From: an uncultured virus (IMG/VR IMGVR_UViG_3300036770_002758)
Lineage: Duplodnaviria; Heunggongvirae; Uroviricota; Caudoviricetes
DNA length: 20,000 nt
IMG/VR virus record: IMGVR_UViG_3300036770_002758
Reading direction: 5' to 3' (one strand)
Part shown: one piece after another, positions 1 to 9,997 of the stretch
Position numbering within the stretch: the first letter of the stretch is position 1
Layout of the letters: each line of letters starts with the position of its first letter
Program-made: the position numbers and the translations under genes
The notes under the pieces: generated by a model
What the model saw: the letters and a program-made list of their open reading frames with translations, nothing else
The model's database searches: none
What the model was told of the DNA's origin: nothing

Positions 1-376
1 GAAAGATGTAACCCTGATGTGGGCCAAGCTGGACGAAGTGGACGAGATGTCCGGTAAGTACCAGGTAGACCTTGCCAACTTGTCCTCAGAGCACGTAGAG
101 GCCATTGGCTCTCTTGGCCTTGAAGTCCGCAACAAGGAAGGCAAAGGCTTCTACATCACTGCCAAGTCAACCAAGCCCATTGAGGCTCTTGCGGCAGATG
201 GTTCCATTCTGAAGCAGAAGATCGGCAATGGCAGCAAGGCCAACATCCTGCTTGGTGCCTATGACTGGAACTACAAGAACAAGAAGGGCAAGAGTGCCAG
301 TATTGCCAAGATGATCGTCACCCATGTTGAAACCTTCAAGGGTGATGATGTCGATTCGGATGATGATCTGTTGTAA
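1..376 (+). CDS. Phage single-stranded DNA-binding protein (T7 gp2.5-like), 5' end truncated by the window edge
   Basis: The frame is open back to base 2 (KDVTLMWAKL...). It contains KIGNGSKANI and an acidic C-terminal tail (DDVDSDDDLL), and lies upstream of the exonuclease in a replication module. Confidence 0.7.
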   Translation, partial: KDVTLMWAKLDEVDEMSGKYQVDLANLSSEHVEAIGSLGLEVRNKEGKGFYITAKSTKPIEALAADGSILKQKIGNGSKANILLGAYDWNYKNKKGKSASIAKMIVTHVETFKGDDVDSDDDLL

Positions 377-451
377 TTAGAACAAGGCAGCTTAGGCCTT
401 CTCCTCCCGGCAGCCCAGCCGTCTACGTAGGGCACTTATTGAGGACATTGT

Positions 452-1129
452 ATGCTCCTGATTGATGGCGACATCATCTGCTACCGCAGTCTACATAGCC
501 CTCAAGCTGAGAGCATGGCAGATGTCTGTAACATTGCAGATTGGACAATAAAGAACATCGTTGCCAATGCTGACCCTGTAGTGAAGAACTATAAAGTATT
601 CCTTACAGGTTCAAACAACTTCAGAAAGGACATTGCCGTTACGGCTCCCTACAAGGGACAACGGCCTGAGAAGCCCGAAGGCTTGGAAGACATACGGGCA
701 CACCTGCTGGACTGGCACCCTTCAGTCCTGACAGAGGGCGAAGAAGCAGATGACGCCATTGCCATTGAGGCAACCCAAGGCGGCTCCAGCTACATCATCT
801 GCACCATTGATAAAGACTTCGATCAAGTCCCCGGCTGGCACTACAACTTTGTCAAAGACAAGCGGTATTGTGTATCAGAACGAGAGGGGCTCTTTTTCTT
901 CTACACCCAGATACTCACGGGTGACCGCATTGACAACATCATCGGTGTGCAAGGCATCGGGCCTGTAAAGGCAGAGAAGGCACTTAAGGACTGCAAGGAC
1001 GAGAACGCAATGTTCAAGGTCTGCGTGGACATGATGGGCTACGACAGGGCTGTAGAGAATGGGCGGCTCTTGTGGTTGAGGAGACATAATGGTCAGATAT
1101 GGGAGCCACCTGCGTCTAATGCAGCCTAA
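452..1129 (+). CDS. 5'-3' exonuclease / flap endonuclease (T7 gp6-like)
   Basis: Motifs LLIDGDI, NFRKDIA..PYKGQR, EADDAI, IDKDFDQVPG and LTGDRIDNIIGVQGIGPVKA (H3TH). SD GAGGA upstream. Confidence 0.92.
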   Translation: MLLIDGDIICYRSLHSPQAESMADVCNIADWTIKNIVANADPVVKNYKVFLTGSNNFRKDIAVTAPYKGQRPEKPEGLEDIRAHLLDWHPSVLTEGEEADDAIAIEATQGGSSYIICTIDKDFDQVPGWHYNFVKDKRYCVSEREGLFFFYTQILTGDRIDNIIGVQGIGPVKAEKALKDCKDENAMFKVCVDMMGYDRAVENGRLLWLRRHNGQIWEPPASNAA

Positions 1130-1550
1130 ACCCAAAGCAGTGAAGAAGCGCAGTAAGGACAAGCCTCCTAAAGGATATGATAGCTGGTTTGAGTTTGAGT
1201 TACACCAGCATCTACTAAGAGGCTGCAAGTTCCACTCAGAGACAGTAGAGTACGTCCAGGTAAAGCAGTATCATCCTGACTTCATCTACCATGAAGGCAA
1301 GTTCAAGATATACATCGAAGCGAAGGGACGGTTCAGGGACAGATCGGAAGCAAGGAAGTATGTCGATGTTAAGAAAGGACTACAGAAACAGGAGGAACTA
1401 GTGTTCATCTTCTACAATCCAAAGACACCAATGCCCGGTGCACGTAAGAGATCAGACGGTACTAAGTTGACTCACGGTGAATGGGCAGAACTGCAAGGCT
1501 TCAGACACTTTACAGAAGAGACCATACCGGCATCATGGGGGAAGAAATGA
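1089..1550 (+). CDS. Endonuclease I / Holliday junction resolvase (T7 gp3-like)
   Basis: YDSWFE, YHPDF and IYIEAKGRF form a PD-(D/E)XK motif. ATG 1089 has SD GAGGAG; an alternative start is ATG 1119. Confidence 0.88.
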   Translation: MVRYGSHLRLMQPKPKAVKKRSKDKPPKGYDSWFEFELHQHLLRGCKFHSETVEYVQVKQYHPDFIYHEGKFKIYIEAKGRFRDRSEARKYVDVKKGLQKQEELVFIFYNPKTPMPGARKRSDGTKLTHGEWAELQGFRHFTEETIPASWGKK

Positions 1551-1735
1551 CACAATTGTTAATGCTCACTGCATCCTGTGCATCCATAGCATGTTTGATG
1601 TTGGTCATTGCTGACATCTACTATGAAGACCCAAGCGAAGAAGCATCCAATGCCTACAATCAGGCAACTGGTTTCTTGATCTCTGTTGGCAGCTTGACCC
1701 TACCGATATCCCTGATTAAGTTAATTATAGACTGA
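1547..1735 (+). CDS. Small membrane protein (62 aa, two hydrophobic segments)
   Basis: ATG at 1547 overlaps the upstream stop (ATGA). Hydrophobic stretches LLMLTASCASIACLMLVIA and FLISVGSLTLPISLIKLII. Fills the gap between neighbouring genes. Confidence 0.6.
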   Translation: MTQLLMLTASCASIACLMLVIADIYYEDPSEEASNAYNQATGFLISVGSLTLPISLIKLIID

Positions 1736-1742
1736 GGTGCCT

Positions 1743-2516
1743 ATGCGCATAATGGTCATACCAGACTGCCATGTCAAGCCAGACGTACCGATAGACCATC
1801 TTGGCTGGGCAGGCCAGTACGCAGTAGAGAAGAAGCCAGATGTCATTGTGAACATTGGTGACTTCTGGGACATGCCCTCATTGAGCAGTTACGACAAGGG
1901 CAAGAGGAGCTTTGAGGGACGTAGGTACACAAAGGACATTGAGGCAGGCATTGAGGCCATGTCGGTCTTCATGGAGCCAATCAAGGAAGAACAGTTCAGG
2001 CTGAAGCGCAACAAAGAAAAACAATGGAATCCTCGTTTGATATACACAATGGGGAACCATGAGAACAGGATCAACAGGGCCATTGAGGACGATGCCAAGC
2101 TGGAAGGTCTGATTAGCTTTGATGACCTGCTGCTTGACCAATTCGGCTATGAAGTATATGATTTCTTGGAAGTGGTCACAATCGAAGGTGTAGCATTCAG
2201 TCACTACTTTGCATCGGGTGTCATGGGTCGTCCTGTCACTTCGGCTAGGGCAATCCTGACCAAGATGCACATGAGTGCCGTACAGGGCCACGTTCAGGAT
2301 AGGGACATCGCCTATGCCAAACGGGCAGATGGCAAGATGATGACAGCCATCTTTGCAGGTATCTTCTACCAGCACGATGAGGACTACCTGGGCCGTCAAG
2401 GCAACAATAGCTGGCGTGGCCTGTGGATGCTGAATGACGTTAAGGATGGCAGCTTTGATGAGATGCCAGTATCTTTGGAATATCTGAGGAAGAAATATGA
2501 CCGGAACAGCAAATGA
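1743..2516 (+). CDS. Calcineurin-like metallophosphoesterase
   Basis: Motifs PDCH, GDFWD, GNHE, SH and GHVQ. SD GAGGT at 1734-1738 favours ATG 1743 over GTG 1737. Confidence 0.9.
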   Translation: MRIMVIPDCHVKPDVPIDHLGWAGQYAVEKKPDVIVNIGDFWDMPSLSSYDKGKRSFEGRRYTKDIEAGIEAMSVFMEPIKEEQFRLKRNKEKQWNPRLIYTMGNHENRINRAIEDDAKLEGLISFDDLLLDQFGYEVYDFLEVVTIEGVAFSHYFASGVMGRPVTSARAILTKMHMSAVQGHVQDRDIAYAKRADGKMMTAIFAGIFYQHDEDYLGRQGNNSWRGLWMLNDVKDGSFDEMPVSLEYLRKKYDRNSK

Positions 2517-2838
2517 GTGGGATGATCTGACGTTGACGACACAGTTGAACAAGTGCCTTAACTGGACTGGCCCTGCCAGCAAAGCCAGCAAGGAAGCAGC
2601 AGAGCGTCTCCTGCCCCGCTTTGACAATGTGGACAAACCTGCACACTACAATGCAGGAGGCATTGAGGCCATCGACTACATCAAGCAGCAGTTGGGACAC
2701 GAAGGCTTCATTGCATACTGTGAAGGCAACGTCATCAAGTACGGCCATCGCTGGCGTTATAAGAATGGCGTTGAAGACCTGCGTAAGAAGCGTTGGTATC
2801 TGGAGCGGATGATCGAAGAGGTCAGTAAGGGCAAATAG
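2497..2838 (+). CDS. DUF3310 family protein (T7 gp1.7 nucleotide kinase-like domain)
   Basis: DNVDKPAHY..GGIEAIDYI...GNVIKY..RW..KNGVEDL.K..WYL signature. Confidence 0.85.
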   Translation: MTGTANEWDDLTLTTQLNKCLNWTGPASKASKEAAERLLPRFDNVDKPAHYNAGGIEAIDYIKQQLGHEGFIAYCEGNVIKYGHRWRYKNGVEDLRKKRWYLERMIEEVSKGK

Positions 2839-2845
2839 CCTACAC

Positions 2846-2869
2846 AAAAAGAAGCCCTCCGAAGAGGGC
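2846..2869 (-). terminator. Intrinsic terminator for the - strand structural arm
   Basis: On the - strand, GCCCTC-TTCG-GAGGGC (6-bp stem, C(UUCG)G tetraloop) is followed by TTCTTTTT, downstream of the stop at 2919. Confidence 0.9.
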
Positions 2870-2892
2870 CACATAACAACGAAGAATCTTAC

Positions 2893-2916
2893 GGCCCCTA
2901 ATGGGGCCTTTTTGTT
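2893..2916 (+). terminator. Intrinsic terminator for the + strand replication arm
   Basis: GGCCCC-TAAT-GGGGCC followed by TTTTTGTT, downstream of the stop at 2838. Confidence 0.9.
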
Positions 2917-2918
2917 GG

Positions 2919-5663
2919 TTACGGTTTTGGAGTCCTTTCTGCCGTTTCGGCACCTTGAGTAGCCAAAGATGCTTTACTAAGAACCGAAGCAGCCATCACT
3001 TCGGACACACGTTTAGCCGCCTCATTGATGTCTATCTTGTTCTCCCGTTGCAGCCTTGCAGTATCAGCAATACGCTTCAGGCCTTCAGGATTCAATAGCA
3101 AGTCCATCATCTCCTGATCTCTGCGGCCTGCTGTGCGCATAGTGAACCAACGAGAGAAAAGGATAGATGCCTTATGTGCACCGCTGGATATACGGTCACG
3201 CATAAGAGAACCAAGTTGTGGTGCAGATGTGCCAGTGCTTTTTGCTAAGGCATCGGCCTCTTTGAACGAAGTGGCAAAAGCCATCTTGTCCGGATCAATC
3301 CTTCTAAGCATGTCGTTGGCGTAAGACAGGGCCTGAAGGGACTCAGTGTAAGTACTACCAAACCATTCATTAAACAAGGTAGCATTCTGGTTAATGAAGT
3401 CCCTAGCCGAAGGAGTGCTGAAAGCCTTATTGATAAGAGCAGACCGGATACCTTGTCGAACCGTCCTGGCACTTTCAGGATCAAGATTACGGACAGTTCT
3501 GGAGTATTGATCCAGTTTCATCGGACTAGAAATCATGTCATTGATGGCACTATTAACCCCACGCTCATGAACAGCCCTGAGAATGTTGTTTGCTTGGTCC
3601 TCTGCGTACTGATTGTACTGAGAATCTAAACGTGACTTCACAGCATCCATTCTGGCTACTGTGCCTCCAATGTTGCTCAGTTCGGCACGCAGCCCAGGAA
3701 CAGTGTCCAACAGTGTCTTGTTTTCAGCAAGGAACTTGGCATAGTTGGCAGGCTTGAAATTGCCTTCAGTGTCAAAGGCAGTACGGCGAAGACGCATCAA
3801 GATTGCATCCTTGACGACAGGAATACCCTGATCGCCAACAAAACTAAGGAAGTCACGCGCCCGTTCTGGCTTTGCCAGATAGTTTCCTACAGTCTCAGTA
3901 AACTTCAGGGAGTCCAACTGGCTAAGACCAGCAGCATCGAAAGGGATGCCCAGCTTTTGATAGAATGACCTGTCAGTGGCACGGTAGGCGTCACCAAAGC
4001 CAGGCATCTTGTCTATCTCGGCTGTGAGTGCCTCTTTCATCTGACGAAGCAGAGGGTAACTTGTTTGTCCGTATGAGTTTCTAAGCGCCTTGTTGAGTTC
4101 TTGTTTGAGGCTGTCCAATTGCTCCAACGAAAGATCACGGAACTGTGTAGTCTCTGGTGTACGCACAGGACCAGTGCGGCCACCAAGCATAGCCCCTAAA
4201 GACGGCATGGCCTCAGTGGCAGGGACAACCTGTGGCCTAAGAAGCTGGTTTACTTTGCCTACCAGACTGGGGAACGGGGTGAACAGTTGAGCATCCAAGG
4301 CACCACTGACAAGATTCCACAGATTCCCAACACTGTCTTTAGGGAATACCATCCCTTGTGCAGTATAGTCCTTGATGAGTTTTTCATATTGGATATTCAT
4401 CTCTTGCTTAACTGCGGCTTCCTTGGCATCAATAAGCCTACGGGCAGCAGTACCTACCTGAATAGGCTCTGCCTCAGTACGGGCAGCAGTAAGCACACGG
4501 TCAATACCTTGGTCAATCTGATCTCTGCGGCGAACAGCATTATCCAGATTGATGCCATAGTTGTCCCTAGCGTTTACCAAGTTCCTTCTGATTTCGTCAG
4601 GGTCAGTAGTGCCAAAAAGTCTATCCCTCCTCAGAAGGATAGCATTGCCTACGTCCTTCAAATTGGCCTCTACACCTGCCCTAAACTTGGGAGATTCTTT
4701 CAGCAAAGTCTCCATGTTCTTACGCACAATGGCATTGTCGTAAAGGGCAATACCAGGCGCTACTTCAAAGTTAGGGATCAACTCTGACATGACACGCAGG
4801 GTGTTAATGTGTTGGTCAATGTTAGGCTCAGTCGTGACAATATCGTCAATGACTGTTTTCATATTGGACGTTACAAGGAAATCAGAAGCCTTGTCGAGAC
4901 TGTCTTGAATGCCCTTTTGCTGACGAACAACATTACGGGCCTGAGCAACAGATTCAAGACCACCACCTACCAAGCCAGCAGATGTGCCAGAGATAAGACC
5001 TGCAACGGTGCCTCCTATTTGTCCCCATGTCTGCTGCCATTCAGGGGACGCACCAAGCGCTTCAGCAGTGGCTGACAGCGCATCATAGCCGACAGCACCG
5101 CCCATAGCTGCCGTGCCTGACCCAGCTAAGTTAAGGCCAACACCAAGAACACCACGGCCCCCTAATACGGACATAACTGGATCAGCAGCAATGCTACCTA
5201 AAGCAATACCCCCGTAACGCTGTAAGTTGTTTTCAGGCATTCTGTTTCCGCTACCAAACCAGGTAGCAGCTTTGTCCTGTATTGCCTGCCTGCGTAATGC
5301 CTCATACTCAGCATCAGCCTGTCTGACTTCTTCAGGGGTTACACCAGATCGGATAACGTCAGTAGGGGCGTCAATGCCAAACACCTCATCGGCTACTGTC
5401 TGATTGGCATTAGACAAGGCTCTATAGATAAAATCAGTAAAGTTAGTTTTTGCTGTATCAGCCCAGAAGTTAGTATTGGCCGGATCGGCAGCAGTGGTCA
5501 ACGGGCTTGTTTGAGTAGCTGTTCCCATTGATTTGTAAGCAGCCGACAACTTTACGGCTTCAGATTGCAATCTGGTCCTTTCGCTGTCCGAGATAGTCGG
5601 ATCGGCTTTTTTGGCCTCAATAGCTCTGAGAGCCGATTCTATTTGTTCTTTTGTGACAGCCAT
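2919..5663 (-). CDS. Large internal virion / DNA ejection protein (914 aa; positional equivalent of T7 gp16)
   Basis: Long Ala/Leu-rich, helical-looking ORF with a Gly-rich hydrophobic region. It is the last of three ORFs after the tail tube genes and has a TAATG overlap with the upstream gene. Function is inferred from position. Confidence 0.6.
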   Translation of the reverse strand: MAVTKEQIESALRAIEAKKADPTISDSERTRLQSEAVKLSAAYKSMGTATQTSPLTTAADPANTNFWADTAKTNFTDFIYRALSNANQTVADEVFGIDAPTDVIRSGVTPEEVRQADAEYEALRRQAIQDKAATWFGSGNRMPENNLQRYGGIALGSIAADPVMSVLGGRGVLGVGLNLAGSGTAAMGGAVGYDALSATAEALGASPEWQQTWGQIGGTVAGLISGTSAGLVGGGLESVAQARNVVRQQKGIQDSLDKASDFLVTSNMKTVIDDIVTTEPNIDQHINTLRVMSELIPNFEVAPGIALYDNAIVRKNMETLLKESPKFRAGVEANLKDVGNAILLRRDRLFGTTDPDEIRRNLVNARDNYGINLDNAVRRRDQIDQGIDRVLTAARTEAEPIQVGTAARRLIDAKEAAVKQEMNIQYEKLIKDYTAQGMVFPKDSVGNLWNLVSGALDAQLFTPFPSLVGKVNQLLRPQVVPATEAMPSLGAMLGGRTGPVRTPETTQFRDLSLEQLDSLKQELNKALRNSYGQTSYPLLRQMKEALTAEIDKMPGFGDAYRATDRSFYQKLGIPFDAAGLSQLDSLKFTETVGNYLAKPERARDFLSFVGDQGIPVVKDAILMRLRRTAFDTEGNFKPANYAKFLAENKTLLDTVPGLRAELSNIGGTVARMDAVKSRLDSQYNQYAEDQANNILRAVHERGVNSAINDMISSPMKLDQYSRTVRNLDPESARTVRQGIRSALINKAFSTPSARDFINQNATLFNEWFGSTYTESLQALSYANDMLRRIDPDKMAFATSFKEADALAKSTGTSAPQLGSLMRDRISSGAHKASILFSRWFTMRTAGRRDQEMMDLLLNPEGLKRIADTARLQRENKIDINEAAKRVSEVMAASVLSKASLATQGAETAERTPKP

Positions 5664-6940
5664 TATTGGCCTCCCAGATTCCTATTCACGATGTCTTCAA
5701 TTTCGTTAGAGAACGGGCTTAGTTGATTAGCTTCCCAACTATTAAGAATGTTCTCATCAATGACCCCGTTATACGAATTACGGACACGAGACACTTCTTG
5801 GACACGCTGTTGAGTCAATGCTACATCCAACAGATTGATAAGCTCTTTGATGTTTTCCTTGGTTTCCTTTGTGGCAGTACCGCCTGATATTGTGGTAAGC
5901 CAGTCACCAATGTCTTCAGTGATACCTTTACGTGACCTGAAGTTATCAATTTCGGACTGTGCTCTGGAGTTATTACGGTACAGGGCCGGGATGGCTCCAC
6001 TGATAATTGTAAATGCTTGCGGGTTGGACTCTTCCAGCAAAGGCAACGTAGCTTGTACTCGGCTCAACGAAGCAAGGTCATTTTCTGTGTTAGCAAAAGA
6101 CGGAATGTTGTTAAGGTCTTTATTCAGAATTGAAATGGCTTCAGTAGGAGTAGTGTCCCTGTTGTTCAAGCGAATCATTGACTGAGTGTAGTCATTCAAA
6201 CGTGCTTGATGATCAGGAGTTCCTTTTGGAATACCGGCCTCTTCTAGCATCAACGAGTAGTTACTGTTCCTTTCTGATCCAGTTCCAAGGGTTTTCCATT
6301 CTTGAAATGTTCCAGTAAAACCCTGCTCGACAGCAAGGTTGTATTCCTGAATAGAAGCAGTGGGTGTCGGCTTAGGCTCAACCTTGTCAAACTGGTTAAT
6401 AGCCGCCTGTGCCCGTGCTGCTGCCTGTGTGGTCGTAAGCGCGCCAGAAGCCACAGCGTTCATAAGGCCGGTGATGACCTGCTTGGCCTGCGGAGTCTTA
6501 GCAGCAGCCATATAGGACTCAAGACTGGCAACTCCCGTTGCTGTCTGAAGCTGCTGCTGCAGTGTGGCTTGTCTATTTGCTTCTTCCTGCTTTGCCAACT
6601 CCTGTGCCTGCAAAGTAAACTGCAATGCCAGCGGCCTGTTGCCCGTAGCCATTGCGTTCTTTGCAGCCTGAGTCAAACCTGCCGAAGTGGTCAGATCAGC
6701 CTTACGCAGCGACTCGGCCATAGCTTCCTGTGCAGTCATACCGATACCGCCACGGCCACCAATGGCCTGACGGAACATACCGCCCACATTGGCCCCAATA
6801 CTGGGAGCCTGCATTGCCATCACAGCGGCCATCGGATTAGGACTGTTGATAGCTGCCATCACCGCTGAGGGATCAGGGCCTTGCTGCTGTTGTGGTTGAA
6901 GAAGACTGCTCAACAGTCCCTGCATGAGTTCATTAGCCAT
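5663..6940 (-). CDS. Internal virion / ejection protein (425 aa)
   Basis: Q/A/M-rich N-terminus and SD GAGGT. Lies between the other two putative core proteins. Confidence 0.55.
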   Translation of the reverse strand: MANELMQGLLSSLLQPQQQQGPDPSAVMAAINSPNPMAAVMAMQAPSIGANVGGMFRQAIGGRGGIGMTAQEAMAESLRKADLTTSAGLTQAAKNAMATGNRPLALQFTLQAQELAKQEEANRQATLQQQLQTATGVASLESYMAAAKTPQAKQVITGLMNAVASGALTTTQAAARAQAAINQFDKVEPKPTPTASIQEYNLAVEQGFTGTFQEWKTLGTGSERNSNYSLMLEEAGIPKGTPDHQARLNDYTQSMIRLNNRDTTPTEAISILNKDLNNIPSFANTENDLASLSRVQATLPLLEESNPQAFTIISGAIPALYRNNSRAQSEIDNFRSRKGITEDIGDWLTTISGGTATKETKENIKELINLLDVALTQQRVQEVSRVRNSYNGVIDENILNSWEANQLSPFSNEIEDIVNRNLGGQ

Positions 6941-6951
6941 TGTGTTACCTC

Positions 6952-7827
6952 TTAACGGAAGATGCCAGCAATGCCACCAAGAAGACCTTGGAGGATGCTG
7001 TTGCCCGACTGAACTTCGCCATTGACAACATTATAAGTCGGATTAAGCAGTCCTTGTAGTGCCTGTTGCAGGTAGATTTGACGCAGTGCATTGGCCTGCT
7101 GTTCAGACTGCATACGGGCCTCTGCGCCTGCCAACTGAAGATTGGTACCTGTAGTAGTGCTCTGTTGCTGGAGAAGACGCTGAATATCAGCAAAGGGCGT
7201 AGCGCCTCCCAGCTCCTGAATTTGCATCTGACCAGGCAGGAAGGACTGGCCCAACATACCAGCACCGAGAGTATACGCCTGCATTTGTTCAGTCAGTGCT
7301 TGATTGCGTCCAGTTAATACATTGTTCAGACGCTGTTCTTCAATGGCCTTGTTGAGGGCCAGTTGCTCAGGTGTGCCTCCAAACATCGAAGTCCTGACGC
7401 CTAGACGGCCCTGACCAAGCAGACGCTCTTCAAGGGCCAGACGCTCCCTTTCACGGCTAGGTGCCGCTGCGGCCTCAAGGGCTGCTGTGGTCTCAAGAGC
7501 ACGGGCATCAATGGGCTGTCCAGCCTGACCAAACATGCCAGTGGCCGATCCGGTTAATTGGGAGACAAGGCCCTGTAATTCCGGAGACAGGGTGCTCGTT
7601 GCCCCAGTGCCAGTGACATTGGTCGTACCTGTACCAGTTGTGACCGTATAAGGCTTAAACTGTAACTGAGACTGGACCGTATTGGCTATGTTGCCAAGAT
7701 TTGTCTGGACATCACGACCAGCAGCACGGGCTTCATTAAGGCCATAGTTGGCAAGAGCCACTTGGGCACCTGTTCCCAGCAGTCCGCTAAGGGTATTACC
7801 GCCAAGAATATCTGCAAGAGTTGGCAT
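6952..7827 (-). CDS. Internal virion / DNA transfer protein (291 aa)
   Basis: G/Q/T/A-rich with amphipathic Gly-rich termini (GLLGGIAGIFR). Directly follows the tail tube B-like gene with a TAATG overlap. Confidence 0.6.
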   Translation of the reverse strand: MPTLADILGGNTLSGLLGTGAQVALANYGLNEARAAGRDVQTNLGNIANTVQSQLQFKPYTVTTGTGTTNVTGTGATSTLSPELQGLVSQLTGSATGMFGQAGQPIDARALETTAALEAAAAPSRERERLALEERLLGQGRLGVRTSMFGGTPEQLALNKAIEEQRLNNVLTGRNQALTEQMQAYTLGAGMLGQSFLPGQMQIQELGGATPFADIQRLLQQQSTTTGTNLQLAGAEARMQSEQQANALRQIYLQQALQGLLNPTYNVVNGEVQSGNSILQGLLGGIAGIFR

Positions 7828-9347
7828 TAGATCAGTCTCCCGAGTAGAGCAAGTACGTCAATCTGCTGAATGGACAAGGATGCTCCGTTGATTGTTGAGG
7901 TTAAGCCAATGGTCACGACATATCCTGAGCCACCGGCATTGATAGAGGGACGAGTAATCGGAACACCAACAGAGAATTCTCCCTCATTGAATTCACCTAC
8001 ATTAAACTCAGTGATCTCTCCTCCCTGAAGTGTATAGGGAGCTATTCTGTTGTTCTTTTGGTAGTCATAAGCCCACTGTATATAAGCAACTTCACTGCCG
8101 CCTCCAATTACTGTGAAGGCCAGTTTCTTTAGAAACTTCAGAGTAGTAGCATTGCCGAAAGACAACGGGTTGGTAAAGTATTCAAACTGATAAGTGCTGG
8201 TATTGTCTTTGTAGCCCTCATAGCGGCTAATCCCATCAGGATGACCCATCAGAAGATCACCATTTCGGGCTATGTGGAAAGACAAGGGCTTGATAGAGTT
8301 CCACACAGTAACACGGTTGCTTCCATCTTCCAATACACCACGCATGTCAAAGCAGTACACAATATCAAGGCTTGGTAAACTAAGCAGGTAGAAAGCATCT
8401 TCAGGACTGTAGATGCTCTTGATGTTCCCTGTTTCTACAGCAGCAAATGCAGTAAGGTCATTTCGGACATTCTTGCTAATATCCCGCATCGGAGAGGATT
8501 TCTCCTGGATGACCCTGCCAAGGCTCATTACGCCATTCTCAGACAGGAACAGAATGTCCGTACCTGTGTTCTGCACGCTGTCACGGGCAATGCAGCCTAC
8601 GCCCTCGATGGCATCAAACAGTTCCATACTGGCTGGAGTGTCAGCACCTTGGTACAGCAGAATGCTCCTACGGCCAAAGATGACCAAGAAGTTATTGTGC
8701 TGTGCAAGGGCCACAATCTCATCATTGCCACGGGGCCATACAAGGTCTATGTCAATTGAACCTGTAGCTCCACCAGACCATGCTGAACCATCCAAAGTAT
8801 CTGACCAGTAGACCGTGTGCTTGTCGTCTTCAAAGTCAGCTACAAACAGTTTACCAAAGGCTGCAAGAGCCTCATTGGCTTCAGGAGGAGTACCAGAAGC
8901 ATGTGCATGAGCCGACATGGCCTGAAGTGAATTGTCGTGCTCAGAGTACACCAAAGGTTCATAGCCACGCTGAAAGAAGTACACATGCTCTGCAAGCTCT
9001 ACAATCTTCCAGTTGTCATCCGTGATGGTGTAGCTGCCGGGAGTCACATCGGTCAGTGTGGTTGTACCAGTGAACACCTTGTTATTGCCAGCACTGAATA
9101 CAAGCTGTGTCCCATCGGCCTTCTTGGTGTATTCATAGATGGCATAAATGCCTTGGCTAGACAGGCCAGTAGATGTTGTGGTTACGTACTTGTATCCTTT
9201 ACGGGCACCTACACGACCATACTGGTCAATCACACAATTGGCAGCTACGGAAGCAAACTGAGGAGTCTGCTCAACGGGACTGTCCTGTGTGTTGAGACCG
9301 TAGAAACCCGGAGCAGCAATGGTGATATTTTGTAGCTGCTGGGCCAT
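7827..9347 (-). CDS. Tail tubular protein B / nozzle-like head-stabilisation protein (506 aa)
   Basis: Beta-rich sequence with VYWSD, LVIFGRRSI, GVGCIARDSV and DILFLSENGVMSL, typical of podovirus nozzle proteins. The start is probably ATG 9347 (TAATG overlap) rather than TTG 9362. Confidence 0.75.
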   Translation of the reverse strand: MAQQLQNITIAAPGFYGLNTQDSPVEQTPQFASVAANCVIDQYGRVGARKGYKYVTTTSTGLSSQGIYAIYEYTKKADGTQLVFSAGNNKVFTGTTTLTDVTPGSYTITDDNWKIVELAEHVYFFQRGYEPLVYSEHDNSLQAMSAHAHASGTPPEANEALAAFGKLFVADFEDDKHTVYWSDTLDGSAWSGGATGSIDIDLVWPRGNDEIVALAQHNNFLVIFGRRSILLYQGADTPASMELFDAIEGVGCIARDSVQNTGTDILFLSENGVMSLGRVIQEKSSPMRDISKNVRNDLTAFAAVETGNIKSIYSPEDAFYLLSLPSLDIVYCFDMRGVLEDGSNRVTVWNSIKPLSFHIARNGDLLMGHPDGISRYEGYKDNTSTYQFEYFTNPLSFGNATTLKFLKKLAFTVIGGGSEVAYIQWAYDYQKNNRIAPYTLQGGEITEFNVGEFNEGEFSVGVPITRPSINAGGSGYVVTIGLTSTINGASLSIQQIDVLALLGRLI

Positions 9348-9997
9348 TACACCTGTCTCCAAGTCAACTCAGCCTGATAACGACTGGCTTCGAGGCCAAT
9401 GGCATCTGCCAGTGCCCTATCGGCAAGACTGAATATCTCCTGAGCAGCCATGCCACCAGTCTCGCCACGCTCACGGGTAGCCATTGCCCATGCGTACAGG
9501 ACAATAGGCTGAATGGGCAGGATGGTCGTATCGGAAGCATTCTCCAGTTCGTCTTCACGCACCACCAGATCAAACTGGAGTGTGTAGGAGCCGTCAGGGA
9601 CAGGGTAGACCGTGATGGCCTGATCGCCATTGCTGTCAATCACACCAAGGCTGAACTCATAGGGACTACCCTGTGCTGCACTGTTAAGCACAGATCGGGT
9701 GTTCATCTCGTTCTGAGTAATCAGCTTCATCCTGGTACGGCTAGTGGCATTGATGGCATCAAGGAACTTGTAGTTATGTCCTACGCCAGTCAGGGTCCAC
9801 GTAGCGTCACCAACAGTGGCCGATACGGTCTTTGTGGTACGCAGGTTTGACCAGTCCCATGAATCTTCAACGAGCTTCTTGGCATCGTTAACCATCATGC
9901 CCACAAGCTGCACATATTCGCTGTCGATAGGCGTCAAAGCCTCTGTCTCACGAAGCCTGATAAGGACTTTGTTGATAAGGTTAAGATAGGTAGCCAT
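9347..9997 (-). CDS. Tail tubular protein A / head-tail adaptor (216 aa)
   Basis: TYLNLINKVLIRLRE, VNDAK..VEDSWDW..L and VYPVPDGSYTL are typical of podovirus adaptor proteins. Lies upstream of the nozzle gene. Confidence 0.75.
   Translation of the reverse strand: MATYLNLINKVLIRLRETEALTPIDSEYVQLVGMMVNDAKKLVEDSWDWSNLRTTKTVSATVGDATWTLTGVGHNYKFLDAINATSRTRMKLITQNEMNTRSVLNSAAQGSPYEFSLGVIDSNGDQAITVYPVPDGSYTLQFDLVVREDELENASDTTILPIQPIVLYAWAMATRERGETGGMAAQEIFSLADRALADAIGLEASRYQAELTWRQV

Noticed and set aside
377..451. Possible structured RNA or processing site between the SSB and exonuclease genes (AAGGC/GCCTT, GCCC/GGGC)
   Set aside because: The stems are short, there is no U tract and no recognisable family, so chance cannot be excluded.
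1878..9335. Numerous antisense or overlapping ORFs in the track (e.g. 1878-2636, 4287-4787, 6302-6868, 8413-8811)
   Set aside because: They are shadows of well-supported genes, with no motifs or convincing SD sequences.
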